A DNA stretch of 64,000 bases, from contig JAAOMT010000071.1 of NCBI GenBank assembly GCA_016748015.1, positions 248,001 to 312,000 on the forward strand, given 5' to 3'. The DNA is from Geosiphon pyriformis uo1. Lineage: Eukaryota; Fungi; Glomeromycota. The notes beneath the pieces were generated by a model that searched no databases, had not been told where the DNA came from, and saw nothing but the letters and a program-made list of their open reading frames with translations. Of the stretch, positions 1-12,119 are shown piece by piece (position 1 is the first letter of the stretch; the number at the start of each line of letters is the position of its first letter). A program made the translations under genes and the position numbers.

Positions 1-703
1 AATATTGAAAAATGTCACTTTGAAAAAACAAGCTTAATCTTTCTTGAACACATAGTTAGTAAAGATGAAATTAAACCAAATCCAGAAACAATTAGTGCTG
101 TTAAAAACTTTCAAACTCCCAAAAATACCACAAAGCTACAAGAATTTGTAGAATTAGTCTCTTACTATCAGAAATTCATAAAAAAATTCCAAACCACTCA
201 ATTATCTTATCAACAAAAATGTGCCATACCAATAGACTAAAGAACAACAGAAAGTCTTTGAAATCTTTAAGACAAAATTAACAACAGCACCAGTTTTTGC
301 TTATCCAAACTTTAATAAATGGTTTCAACTAACTACTGATGCTTTACACATAGCTTTTGGTCCTATTCTATCACAATTAAATGAAAATGGCCAAGAGCAA
401 GTTATTGTCTATGCCAGTAAAACACTTAAACCAACAAAACTCAAATATGACTCAACTGAATTGGAAGCTACTGCAGTTATTTGGGCTTTTAAATACTTTC
501 AACAATACTTGAAGAATAGAAAAGAATTTGATATCATAACTAACAATATTAGTCTTAAATGATTCAATAAAAAGAAAACAGAACAAAGTGCCAAACAGTC
601 TTGATGGAATAATTTCCTAGCAGACTACAAATATATTGTACACTACAAACCAGAAAAACTATACACCAATATTGATAGCCTCTCAAGAATGAGACAAGAT
701 TAA
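1..703 (+). pseudogene. pol: A1 RT thumb + RNase H (C-terminus of Gag-Pol), disrupted
   Basis: FLEHIVSKDEIKPNP, TTDALH..GPILSQ, ELEATAVIWAF, DSLSRMRQD-stop at 701-703; internal stops. Confidence 0.9.
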
Positions 704-760
704 TACCAACAACAATTTTACCACAACTTATCAACCTACTAACAGAATAACAAAACAACA

Positions 761-2121
761 ATAGATCTCAGAAATTACAACAATCTTAAAAACTATTTGG
801 AGACTTTGACCATGCCAAAAAATTGGTCTCCAAGTGAAAAACATCGATTACAACACCAATTAAAACAATATTTCATACACCACAACAAAATTTATTATAA
901 AAATTGCAGAAACCCAAACCAACCACTCAAATTAGTACAAGAAAATAAAAAAAAAACAATTCAATACAACATGTACACAGATCTTTCTTCAGCACATTTG
1001 GGAAGAGATGAAACAATTCAAAGAACTCTTGAACATTATTTTTGGTCTTACATGCAAAAAAACATTTAACAATATGTAGAATCTTGTGATAGTTGTTAAA
1101 GAAAAGGAAGAACTCACCTCACAGAGCCTTTAAATCCAATCAAAGTTGGACAATCTTTTGACAGAGTTGGAATTGATTTAGTCAGACCATTACCTATTAC
1201 AACCCAAGGAAATTGTTATATTGCAGTTGCAATAGATTATCTTACCAAATAGTCTGAAGCTAAAGCCATCCAAAGAGCAGATATAAAATCAGTAGCAAAT
1301 TTTATCTATGAAAACATTATTTGTAGACATAGATGCTCAATTGAACTTTTATCTGATTAAGAAACACATTTTGTGAATAATTCAATGTTAAAAGACCTTT
1401 ATTATCATTTTATCACCCTCAAACAAATGGATTTGTAAAACATTTCAACAGAACATTGTGTGAATTTTTAGCCAAAATCTCAACAAATTTTGAGCAGGAA
1501 TGAAATATTTTTATTTCATTAGTGTTACTAGCATACAGAACACTAAAACAAGATACTATAAAACACATACTATTTGATCTTATTTATGGAAGAACAGCAA
1601 TATTACCAATTAATTTCACAGTAGAAACATATCCAGTACAACCAATTAATGAAAAAAACTTTTAAGAAACACTTTAAAGAAGAGTCTACACTCTCTTTAG
1701 TACATTAAAAGGAAAAAGACACATAGCAGCCACTTATATTGAACACTTTTAAGCTTTACAAAAAGAAAAACATGACAACAAACTGCCATCAGTTATCAAT
1801 AAATTTAAAATTGGAAATAAAGTTTTCTTACACAAAACTAAGGCTGAAAAACAATGGAGTAGAAAATTTGAACATAAATAGGATGGATCATTTTATATTT
1901 ACAAAATTCTAGGCAATAGATTATACAAGTTAAGACTTGATGACAAAGTTCTAGCAAAAGTTGTACATGGAAATAGATTGAAACACTATTATTCGAGAAA
2001 CAATTCTGAACTATTAATTTCACAAATTAGTACATATTCTCTTTTAATTAATCCTGAAGATATTCTCCGAAATTTAGAACCAATAATTATAATAGAACAA
2101 TAACCAAACTTAAACACTTAA
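761..2121 (+). pseudogene. int: A1 stand-alone integrase ORF (HHCC, DDE, GPY/F), disrupted
   Basis: ATA (ex-ATG) at 761 in frame with ORF 797-1069; VGIDLVRPLP; C-terminal LEPIIIIEQ. Confidence 0.9.
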
Positions 2122-2284
2122 TTCAACAGAATTTTTACAATAATCTTTTTAATAACACACAAAAACAGAAAACAAAAATAGTAAATAATTACAAGAAACA
2201 CCCAAACCCAAAAACAAATAAAAAAAACTCCATACCCAAAAATAATTTTCTTTATTTTTTTTTTTAATTAGTTATTTTTTTATT

Positions 2285-2992
2285 ATAATTATTCCTCGAA
2301 ATATTCAACAAATATTCCAAAGATTAATGTTAGCCTTAAAAACACTTTTTGGCTTATTCATAACAATTAATAGAAGTCAAATTAATTACACCCAGAAAGA
2401 AACCACAACATTAGTAGTAAATAATTCTCAGAATTATCATTCTTATAGAAAAAAAACAAGAGATTATTTTGAAAATTAATTACCAGAACTTTTGAAGCAA
2501 GCACTAAAAAAAAATCTTTTATCTGTCTCTATTGGCATTCCACCAAATGCCACAATTCAACAAAAACTTCTACTATTTCTTAATGAACAGAACAATAAAT
2601 ATACCCTTATTTATAGATACTTTTATATTAGAAAAACACTTTATGAACAAAAACTGGAACTTAAAGCAACAAATCTTATTCCTAAAACCACACAAAAACA
2701 AATTCACAATGAATTCAAGACAGCAGCTGGATCAACAAACACTTACTACAAACTTAGAGCTGCTTTTAGACTCTATGATTTATTTAATACTTGTAAAAAC
2801 ATTTTACAGAATCCAATACTTTATCCAATAAAAATTCAATATATTGAAAAACTTACAGAACTGAAATTTCAACAATTTTCAGACCAAATCACTTTAATTA
2901 TTTTGGACCACTATTTTAATATCACAGATAGTGCTTGGACTTTGACGGAGCTCAGTCTTGAGAAAGAAATTATATTACCAGTAGAATTTTAG
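2285..2992 (+). pseudogene. A1 ORF3 (env-position protein of unknown function), internal stop
   Basis: ORF 2492-2992 plus upstream frame aligns with A2 12100-12807 and A3 34886-35605; runs through the PPT into the LTR. Confidence 0.85.
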
Positions 2993-3944
2993 CTATTAAT
3001 TAGTATGAAATTACCTTCATAATTTCTATTATTAATTAGCATATATTATTACTATTTCAATTTTTACTTATTATTTAATCAAATTATCAAAAATTATTAC
3101 TCAATCAATAATTCGATTTGTATTATAGAAATTAAGATGATCAAATTACACAATACCCTGAACCATTTAATATAGTCAAAATTCGCCGAAATTAATAAAA
3201 ATTGGCCGAAATAATCAATAGTTTAGTGAAATAACTTGTAGTTTACCAAAATGTATCTTTAGTTTACCAAAATTGTAGCAAAGAGAAAAGTGCAAGTTCA
3301 AAGACTAGTACTATAACAAGTTATATAAAAGAAAAGCTTCTTTTTTCAAGAAAATATATCTTCTCATAATATCTTATTATAGTATTTTACTTTAGATATC
3401 TTGATTAAAACAAATTACTTTTATATATTTCAAATAAAAATTAAATATTCAAAAACCAAAATTTTTGATTATTACACTTGAAATTCCTTCAACACAACTA
3501 ACATTTTGAAATTGATTAACTACCAATTTCAATAATCTGTTAATGACTCCAGACTTGGATAGAAAACGTTTTCTTTGACAATTCTATTTTCTTTCATATT
3601 TTTTTATTTTTCTTTTACTTTTTCTTATTATAATCATTAAAATAGTCCACAAACAAGATTTCTGTAGAAGAGTTGACTTTTATAGCAAAGTAACTACATA
3701 TTTTTAGTAAGCTTCTAGACAAGCAATTTCTGAGAAAGAGTTGACATTTACTACAATGTAACTACACAAAGTAACTGGCATGGAATTGGCCATTCCACTT
3801 ATAAGCCCAGTAGTTCAAATTATAGAAGATAATTTAAAAATAAATTCAGTTATTGGAGGTTTAATTACTTCCAGAAAACGTAAAATTAGCAACAGACAGG
3901 CATTAACAATATTCAAAAAAAGAGACCAAAAATCTTTGGTAACA
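2973..3944 (+). repeat. A1 3' LTR
   Basis: TATTACCAG (ex-TGTTACCAG)...TGGTAACA; homologous to the A2 LTRs; TATATAAAA at ~3323. Confidence 0.92.
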
Positions 3945-6900
3945 CAGATTTCATATTTGTAAGGTAATATCACAAAATAAAAACAATTGTGTGAAATCCA
4001 AAATGAGCTGAGGTTGTTTAGGATTCTGTATGTTAAAAGAAATAGATCTAACAAGAGTATCTTTGGAGATTTTAATGGCATTTTCAGTGTAATTATAAAT
4101 GAGAATTTTTAAATGTTTATAAACTTTGACAGGTATATATATATTTACAACATTGGCTAAAAAGCAAATTTCAGAGTTGGCTTTGAATAATAAGACTTGG
4201 TCTTGGATTTTTCTATCTATTTTGAAAATATATTGTCAATATAAAAGAATAAAAATGACTGTATTGATGTAAATAAGTTCTACTTTGTTACTGTCTTTCT
4301 TGGTAAAATTAACTAGTACATTTTCTTTTCTACTTGATCCAAACCTATTGATTCCTCTGACAGTGAAACTTAATTCTTTTTAAGTAATAACTAAGGTCAA
4401 CTGTAATATTTTCAAAAGAAATAGAAAGATAGCTTGAGCAATTTTCTTTTGTAATTTTATTTTGTAAGATTTGTTAGAATTGTTCTGTAGCATTATGATA
4501 ATATTTTTTATATAACCAGCATTGATAATTTCTTCTTTTACATCAATTTTTTTTGTGAGATTAGACCAGGATGCAACTTGTACTATTATGCTAATAGGAA
4601 TTTTCACAAAAAAATGTGAGACTATGATAATAGATGATTGTCTTGGATATCTCAAGTCAAAGCCAGTGTCAATTTTATGTTCTTTTTTCAAACATATTCC
4701 TTTATTGTTGTTACTGTACCATTTTAATTCTAATTCTTTGAAGAGATCCAGATAAGCAAAATACTGTTCTATTTCAGTAGTCTCTCTTAGCTCTTGAAAC
4801 AACATGTTCTCTATAGTGAATTCATATTCTTTCTTAGATTTTGGTAGTTTAATAATAGGGTATAGTATTCTTAGAAGTGGATTAAACAAGAAATCACATT
4901 CATCACAGTACTGAAAATAATAAGAGATCAAACAGTAATTGCACAGTTTTATGTTTAAGTCAGCTAGTCTTTGTTCCTGCTTTTCTCAAATAGAAGCCAA
5001 GTTTTAGTATTGATCTTAGAATGTTTTAAGGTCATTTGTAAATAGATTGTATTCAAATTTAGAAAGCATTAGGGAATTGTCTTTAATTTTTTATATTTTC
5101 TGAGGTGAAACATTTTTAGCTTTGGTACTTGCCATTCTTTAGAGTTTACTTTTGTTATGTAAGTAACTGTTTAACTAGTTTAATACTTGTTTTCAGGTGT
5201 CATTGATTAGGATTTTTTTTTATACTCAATCATTAATCAATATCATATATTAACATATTTTATCACATGTTTCTTCTTTGCCAGGAATATTATTCTATAA
5301 TCTTTTATCTGGTAAGACTTTGTCATATATAAGACATGACATATTGTTCCATTTATCTTGTTATTTTGGACATTTAAACCTTTTTAATACATAAAATTTG
5401 CAATAATATTTGGTAGTAATTGGCCATTTTTCATCATTTCTAATGCATATACCTATTAAAAATAATTTTTTTTTACAATCAACACAAATTAATTTCAGAA
5501 ATTGGTATGATTGATCTCTTTAATGTGGTATTTAGTAAATTGGTAATAAAACTTAATGTTTTTTTTTAGCTTTTCTTTTTTTTTTATCTTTCTAAATAGA
5601 AGTTGATAATAGTTCTGTTCAAAAATCATTCATTTAAAAAATCTGGTATGTTTCTAAGATTGGTTGAGAAATCGGTTCATTAAATTTAATTAAAAGTTGT
5701 TCTAAAGTTCTCATTTAGAAGTGTTTACATGTCACAGGTATTTGAGTATGTTGTCTTTTGAAAGTGATTTGGAGCTCTTGTATGTTCCAGTTTAGAATAA
5801 TATAGGTTTTTGTTAGCCAATTGTTTTCTATAAGAGCCTAATATTGTGTGGCTTTCATGATAAACATCTTGATAGGAATTTGAATTCTACTAATTTTGAA
5901 GAAAAAATTATCAATTTCTCTAATTGAAGTCTTGGTATTGCCATCTGCAGTAATGATTCAGATAATGGCAGTACAATCTACTCAGTGACCTAATTGATTC
6001 ATAAGTTGTTTTATAATTATACTACCTGCTAATTTATTATTAAAAATTAATTTAATGTCTATGTTTCTGACTCTAGCATTAGTATATATTGCTGTAATTA
6101 ATTTGTCTTAATTAATCGTAGCTTTACTAAACAGGTTAGTTATGTTCAGGTTGTCAATATTGAAAAGAAAGATAGCAGTCAGAGTAGTGTCTTCTGTAAT
6201 GATAGTGGGTGGAATTGTATTGTTGGTTTGGTTTAAAGTCGAAAGATTGGAAGGTTTTTCTGTATTTTTCTCTTCTAAAAATATAGTATTACCAAAATTT
6301 GGAGTTTTTATAAGACTGAAATATGATGCTTAGTTAGAATATCTGACTTGTACTGGTTATGATAGTAGATTATTGTACTGTACTGGTTGGGATGATTTAC
6401 TGTTAGTTTGTTTCTAATTGCTGCTGGTGTTTTTCTATCCTTAATTATAGTTAATTACTCAAGATCTAAATTGGTTGTAAGTAGACACTTGGTATTAAAG
6501 TGTTATTGGTATTGTTGCAGATGGCTTATAATAATTTTGAAACATTTGTTGTATGTACTATAGTGGCTAATATTAAGATACAGAATATTAGAATCCTAGG
6601 ACTTGAGGATATTTTTGTTGTTATAGATGTTGATTTTTTTAGTTTTGGTCTGTTACTTTCTTTTGGCAATTTCAGGCAATATGTTTGGGTTTCTGACAGT
6701 AGTAATAGTTGTGAGGATCTAATCTCCAGAGTTGTTGTTGTTGTTAACAATTCTGTTGCTGTTGGTATTTGTTGTTATTTTTTTATTGAAGTAGTTGATA
6801 GGTTCTGGTGATACTGGTTAAGAATTCCTTAATTTTCTGAGTTAATGTCTTACTTAATTGGATTATCTTTGTATTGATATCTGAAGTTTTATTGATGGCC

Positions 6901-7179
6901 AAGTTAATAATTTGAGTATGATTAGTTTCTTGTTCTGTCAACTCAAAATCATGAGCAAAGATAACTGCTTTTTGTAAATTTGTCAAATAATAGGGTTTCA
7001 TGAATCATAAAATGCTGCTCTTTAATTTATTAACAAATTAATTGAAAACTTGTACTGTAGTATAGTTATTCCTTTCAATTGTCAATATTTGTCAAAAAAC
7101 TTGATTGAACCATCTGAAATAAGTAGTTATTGCTTCATAATCTTTTTGTTTTATTACACTAAACTGATTTTGTAGCTGA
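3945..7179 (-). mobile_element. Gypsy copy C1 internal segment (Gag C-half, PR, Cys-rich domain, dUTPase, pseudo-dUTPase), most decayed LTR element
   Basis: QLQNQFSVIKQ..TTYF near 7170; IKLIFNNKLAGSII (ex-LDSGSAGSII) ~6030; CVDCKKKL ~5480; HKIDTGFDLRYP..KIAQAIF in ORF 4380-4931; frame rejoins sequence at 55068 across B0. Confidence 0.88.
4335..4750 (-). pseudogene. dut: C1 dUTPase domain
   Basis: DTGFDL (motif 1), IINAGY (motif 3), KIAQAIF (motif 4), RGINRFGSS (motif 5); boundaries approximate. Confidence 0.85.
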
Positions 7180-8017
7180 TGTTACTCATAGAATATAAAA
7201 AGTAAATTAGCATATAAATTAGACAATCAAAAATAACCATTGTAAAATGTGGAATTTCAGGATTCCTTTCAGAGGAATTGCAAGATTTTTATACAAGGAA
7301 TTACAGGATTCCAGAATTCTAGGATTTCTCTTAAAGAAATTGCAAGATTTCAAGAATTCCAGAATTTCTAGTGTGAAGAATTGAAGAATTAAGGAATCTC
7401 AATTATGTATATATAGCAGTAGCATTAGAAGTAGAAAAGACAGACCTTCCAGTTTGGATTTGATCTAAGCAACCTTCCACATCACCAATATTAATAAATA
7501 ATTATTTAATATCTTTAATCCCTTTCCCACTATCAACACTTTATATTGATAGTAATTGATATTTAATTACACTGGAACAATAGCTCCTAATCACAGCTAT
7601 TGATGAGATACTAACTTGTAATTGCTTTTGCTTATTTTTTTATCTTCTTTTGGGTTTTTTTTCTCTATTCTTTTTTTGTTATTTTTTTGGGTTTACTAAT
7701 TGATTAAGGATTAAGTACTGAATTACAAACGTCATAGGGACTAGTAAAAAACTCATGAAACAAGGGTAGAACACTCATAGATTTGAGAATAACTTACCAG
7801 GAGGATTACTGGCCACCACATTAAGAAAAAAATTTGATGGAATTGCAATTCTGAGAGGCTACTGAAACAACTATTGAATTTCTGTTCATTATACAAAGAA
7901 CTCCACAACTACACCTTCAGATTAACCAAACTTTCAGATATCAACACCAGAATATCAATCAAGCACTGAGTTACAGGTTTGTTATTTGTTTTGAGACCCA
8001 AATATCCATCTGTAACA
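7180..8017 (+). repeat. B0 5' LTR
   Basis: TGTTACTCAT...TGTAACA, followed by TT + PBS. Confidence 0.95.
7251..7415 (+). promoter_or_regulatory. Family-B LTR U3 promoter: GGAATTCC/GGATTCC/GAATTGCA array + TATATATA box
   Basis: Array in all five B LTRs; AGCCAAT upstream (intact at 26341-26347, 54271-54277); TATATATAG at 7408-7416. Confidence 0.6.
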
Positions 8018-8019
8018 TT

Positions 8020-8035
8020 TGGTGCTTTTTGTGAG
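8020..8035 (+). other. Primer-binding site (TGGTGCTYYYYGTGAG)
   Basis: 2 nt after the LTR; complementary to a tRNA ending ...AGCACCA with a CUCAC T-stem strand (elongator Met or Ile-UAU type; not resolvable here). Confidence 0.8.
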
Positions 8036-8079
8036 ATATTATCCTACAAAAAACCAGTACCAACAACAATTATCCAAAA

Positions 8080-11000
8080 GTGGTATAATCAGAAATCATA
8101 GAAACAAACCATTTAGGATTTGCCAAATTCTTGTTTCAACAGTATAGCCAACAATTAGGATTAAACAATAACTATTTCCCAGCAGAATCAGCCTTTAACT
8201 TCTATGTCAACAATAAAATTACAGACTGCTTAGAAGGAATAGTTAACATTAAATTTGCAAGAGAAAATTTCTATACAAAATTGTTTTAATATACCAGCTT
8301 ACTAAGAAACTACAGTTTCATACTAATCATTAGGAAAATCAATTAAATCATTAAAAAATACACCCAACAACAATTCCCTATTATTTATGCAGACAAAGGC
8401 AAGAAAAGATTGTAAACATCAGTGATAATACTAAAACAGATACAACCACCCACTTGGAAGAAAACCAAAGTTGAATTACCAACCAATTTATCATACTATT
8501 ATACACCAAGAAGTGCTATCAATATCTCCTCAGCAGACACATTCACATCAAACATGACATCAACATTTAGACAACTTTTATTTCAAAGTAAACAAAAAAA
8601 AGCAAAATTACTAAAAACCTACAGTAATTATTTTAAAGGATTTAAATCACAATTGCCAATGCCATCAGGATTCTGATCACTGCCACCTCAATCAGATTTT
8701 GGAAATGCAAGTTCCTAGGAGATAATGGAATCAAAAAAAGAAGAAGAAAAAGAAGTCAAAGATCAAAAATTTACTTACCAGAACTCAATTCCAGAAAACC
8801 CAAAAATTGAAACTCCAAATTTTCAAACTCAGCAAAATCAGAATAATCCAAATCCTGAAGCAATTAATCAGCAAAAATTACCTCCAGTAATTGTCATTAA
8901 CCCACTACTAGTTGTTCCATAACAACAGTCACCACCACAACTCCAAATTCAATTATCACTTCCACCACCATAACAACCAAACATAGACCCAATGGCTTAT
9001 GTCCCAATAGTGAAACTTGAGAAATTTATAGAAAAAGAGAACAATGTCTAAGTATGGCTGAATGATGTAGAAAAAGCCATCATAGCTAACAGATGGAACA
9101 ATGCCAAGACACTTCAAGTCATCCTCTATTTCTTGCAGAATACTGCTAATTCATGATATCAAAGTTTAGCTGCCAAACTTCAAACATTCCAAGAATTCAG
9201 GGTTGCATTCTTGGGATATTTCAGTAATAATAACAGTATTAATTACCTAGCCAACACCTTCACCACAATTAAACAGGGAGAAACTGAAGCAGTTACTACT
9301 TACTTGGGATGTTTCCACAGGAATTTGTGCCAAATTCAAGCAATTCAGGCTGACTATTTTACAGCATCACAGATTCTAAACCAGTTTATCCGTGAACTGT
9401 GCAGTAGTCTTTTTCAACACATATGCCCAATGCACCCACAAACTCTCTAGAATACAGTCATCAATACGAGAGATTTTGAATTGGCAGAACTTGAAGCAAA
9501 CTATACCCAAGCCATTAACCTAATAATGAATAGATCATTTGAATTGGATTCTAAATTGAAACAATTTAGTGATTTCATCAATCAGAAATTAGAGGGATAC
9601 TTAGCTGACAATTATGCAGTTTATCAATTATCACAATGATGCAATAATTCAGGAAATGCAAATTGCTTTCAAAATTAGTCACGTTTATCATCCTTGACAA
9701 ATCAACAGTGGCAGCAAAAGACATGTGTTTGCCACTACTGTGGTAAACAAAAACATTTGAATTTTGATTGCAGGTTAAGGATAGATAACCAATGATCAGG
9801 AAATCAATATCAAAACCCCAATTGCTGGTTTTCAATTTTAAGTTACCAACTCAACCCAGCATTATATCAACTGACTTATCTGTCAATAACACAACAGCCA
9901 ATATATTAACCAACTATATATCAACCTTCAGTTTATCAATTGCCACCACCAGTAACATATCAACCACCATAGCCACAAATTATTTATCAAATACCTGCAG
10001 TTTAAACACTGCCATCAAACCCAGCCCAAATAACATTAGGAAATCCTAAATCAAAAGTCACCCAAAACTGGAGATCAGTGATGGTTGTTCACTAACTGAT
10101 TCTCAGCTTATCCAACCAGCCATTAGGATCACGACAGTGGAGTTCAGGAACTGAGTATACTCAAAACTATTTAAGTCTCCTAGTTACCCCAGAAGATGCC
10201 CAACCCAATAATTTAAAAACCAACTAACAACTAACACTTACCAACAATATCCTGCCAGCAATCATTATGGAGGATAAATCACTGGATGCCATCTTCCTGT
10301 TTAAACTCAAGGAACTGTCAAACATGTTATTGTTTAGTGGAGCCACTCTTGAAGAAAAACTTATTACCACTATGTATACTGATGCCAAAGTTAATGGCCA
10401 CCCTATCAAACTAATTCTAGACAATGGATCAGCTGGCAGCATTATCACAAGACATCTCATGAACCAATTAAGTCATTGAGTTGATCGAGCTGCCAGTGCC
10501 AGAATCATAATAGCTAATGGAGTAACCAAAACTCCAATCAGCAAGATAGACAAGTTATCTATTGAAATCAACAACATCATTGTGCCTGTCAAAGTTCTTG
10601 TGATAAAAGCAACACAGTACCAAGCACTCGTTGGCAATGACTGGCTGTCCAAAACCAATGTGACACTTGACTGGAAAACGCAGAAGCTTCAACTTAGCTA
10701 GAATGGTTAACACACATGCATACCAGCCATGTGTAGTCATTTCAAAACCATCCACATACCAACACCACTCATCAAATTAGAAAAAGAAAAAGAAAAACCT
10801 ACCTGGAAAGCATACTAAGTCTCTTGGGCCAATAAAAATTACAACAAACTACCATCAATACTCTCATGGGATGACAAGGGAAAAAGAAAACAAAAAGAAG
10901 AACCCACCTGGAATTCCAATCAAGTCTGGATAATCAAAGACAGTCAGGATGAAATAACAACTTGGGAGTGGAAAGAAGATAACAATAAAAAAAAAAGAAA

Positions 11001-11108
11001 AGAGAAAAAAAAAGATTCAATACCAACCACCACTTATAGTCTATACACTTACTTTGCACTACTGCTATCTAATTATTACTGACCAAAATTAGTATGCATA
11101 GATTGTGG
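8080..11108 (+). pseudogene. gag: Family-B Gag-PR 5' part (B0/B1 chimera): N-terminal extension, CA, CCHC, aspartic protease; interrupted by A2
   Basis: GTG at 8080; MAYVPIVKLEKF at 8992; IKQGETEAVTTYL; CHYCGKQKHLNFDC ~9730; KLILDNGSAGSII ~10410-10446. Confidence 0.9.
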
Positions 11109-12119
11109 TGTTACTAGAGGTTTTTGGTCTCTTTTCTTGAATGTTGTAACTGTCTGTTGGTTGCAAATTCACGTTTTTTAGAAGTAATTGAACCTCCAAT
11201 AACTGAATTTATCTTCAAATTATCTCCTATAATTTGAACTGCTAGGCTTATAAGTGGAATGGCCAATTTTTTGCCAGTTACTTTATGTAGTTATGTTGTA
11301 GTAAACATCAACTCTTTCCCAGGAATTGCTCGTCTAGAAGCTCACTAAAAATGTGTAGTTACTTTGCTGTGAAAGTCAATTCTTCTACAGAAATCTTGTC
11401 TGTAGGCTACCCTAATGATTATAATAAGAAAATAAAAGAAATGTAAAAGAAATGTAAAAGAAATTGAATTCTGTTAAGAGAAACGTTTTCTATCCAGGCC
11501 TGAAGTCACTAACAGTTTACTGAAATTAGTAGTTAATTAATTTCAAAACATTAGTTGGATTTTGGGGATTTTCTAAGTACAATAATTAAAGAATTTGGTT
11601 TTTCAAATTATTTGATATTTATTTCTTTTTGTGTGTATAGGAATGATTCTAAGTGATAAATCTAAAGTAAGATACATTTTCTTGAAAAGAAAAGCTCTTC
11701 TTTTATACAACTTGTTGTAATACTAGTCTATGAACTTGCACTTTTTTTTTTTGCTCAAATTTCGGTGAACTAAAGATACATTTTGATAAACTACAAGTTA
11801 TTTCGCTGAACTATTGATTAATTTGGATGAACTATTCATAATTTTGGTGAATTTCTATAAATTTCGGCAAATTTCATATAAATTTCGGCAAATTTTTGTA
11901 AATTTCGGCAAATTTTAGAATGTTACAAAGTTCAGGATATTGTGTAATTTGATTATCTTACTTTCTGTTGTACTAATTGGATTATTAATTGAATCATGAT
12001 ATGTGATAAATTGATTAAATAATAAATAATAATTTGGATTGATATTAACATGTTAATTACTGATAGAAATTATAAGGATAATTTCATGCTAATTAATAGC
12101 TAAAATTCTACTGGTAACA
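11109..12119 (-). repeat. A2 3' LTR
   Basis: Near-identical to 20069-21077; TGTTAC/GTAACA termini. Confidence 0.96.

Larger units (their letters stand above)
1..3944 (+). mobile_element. Ty3/gypsy LTR retrotransposon copy A1 (5' part outside window), inserted into element C1
   Basis: RT-RNase H, IN and ORF3 homologous to A2/A3; degenerate PPT GAGAAAGAAA at ~2960-2969; LTR ending GGTAACA at 3944, followed by a minus-strand dUTPase-region sequence of another element. Confidence 0.95.

Noticed and set aside
3780-3962. 60-aa ORF in the family-A LTR as an upstream Gag start
   Set aside because: Frame not conserved between copies, ATG absent in A2, and the A2 Gag frame is closed by TAA in the LTR terminus.
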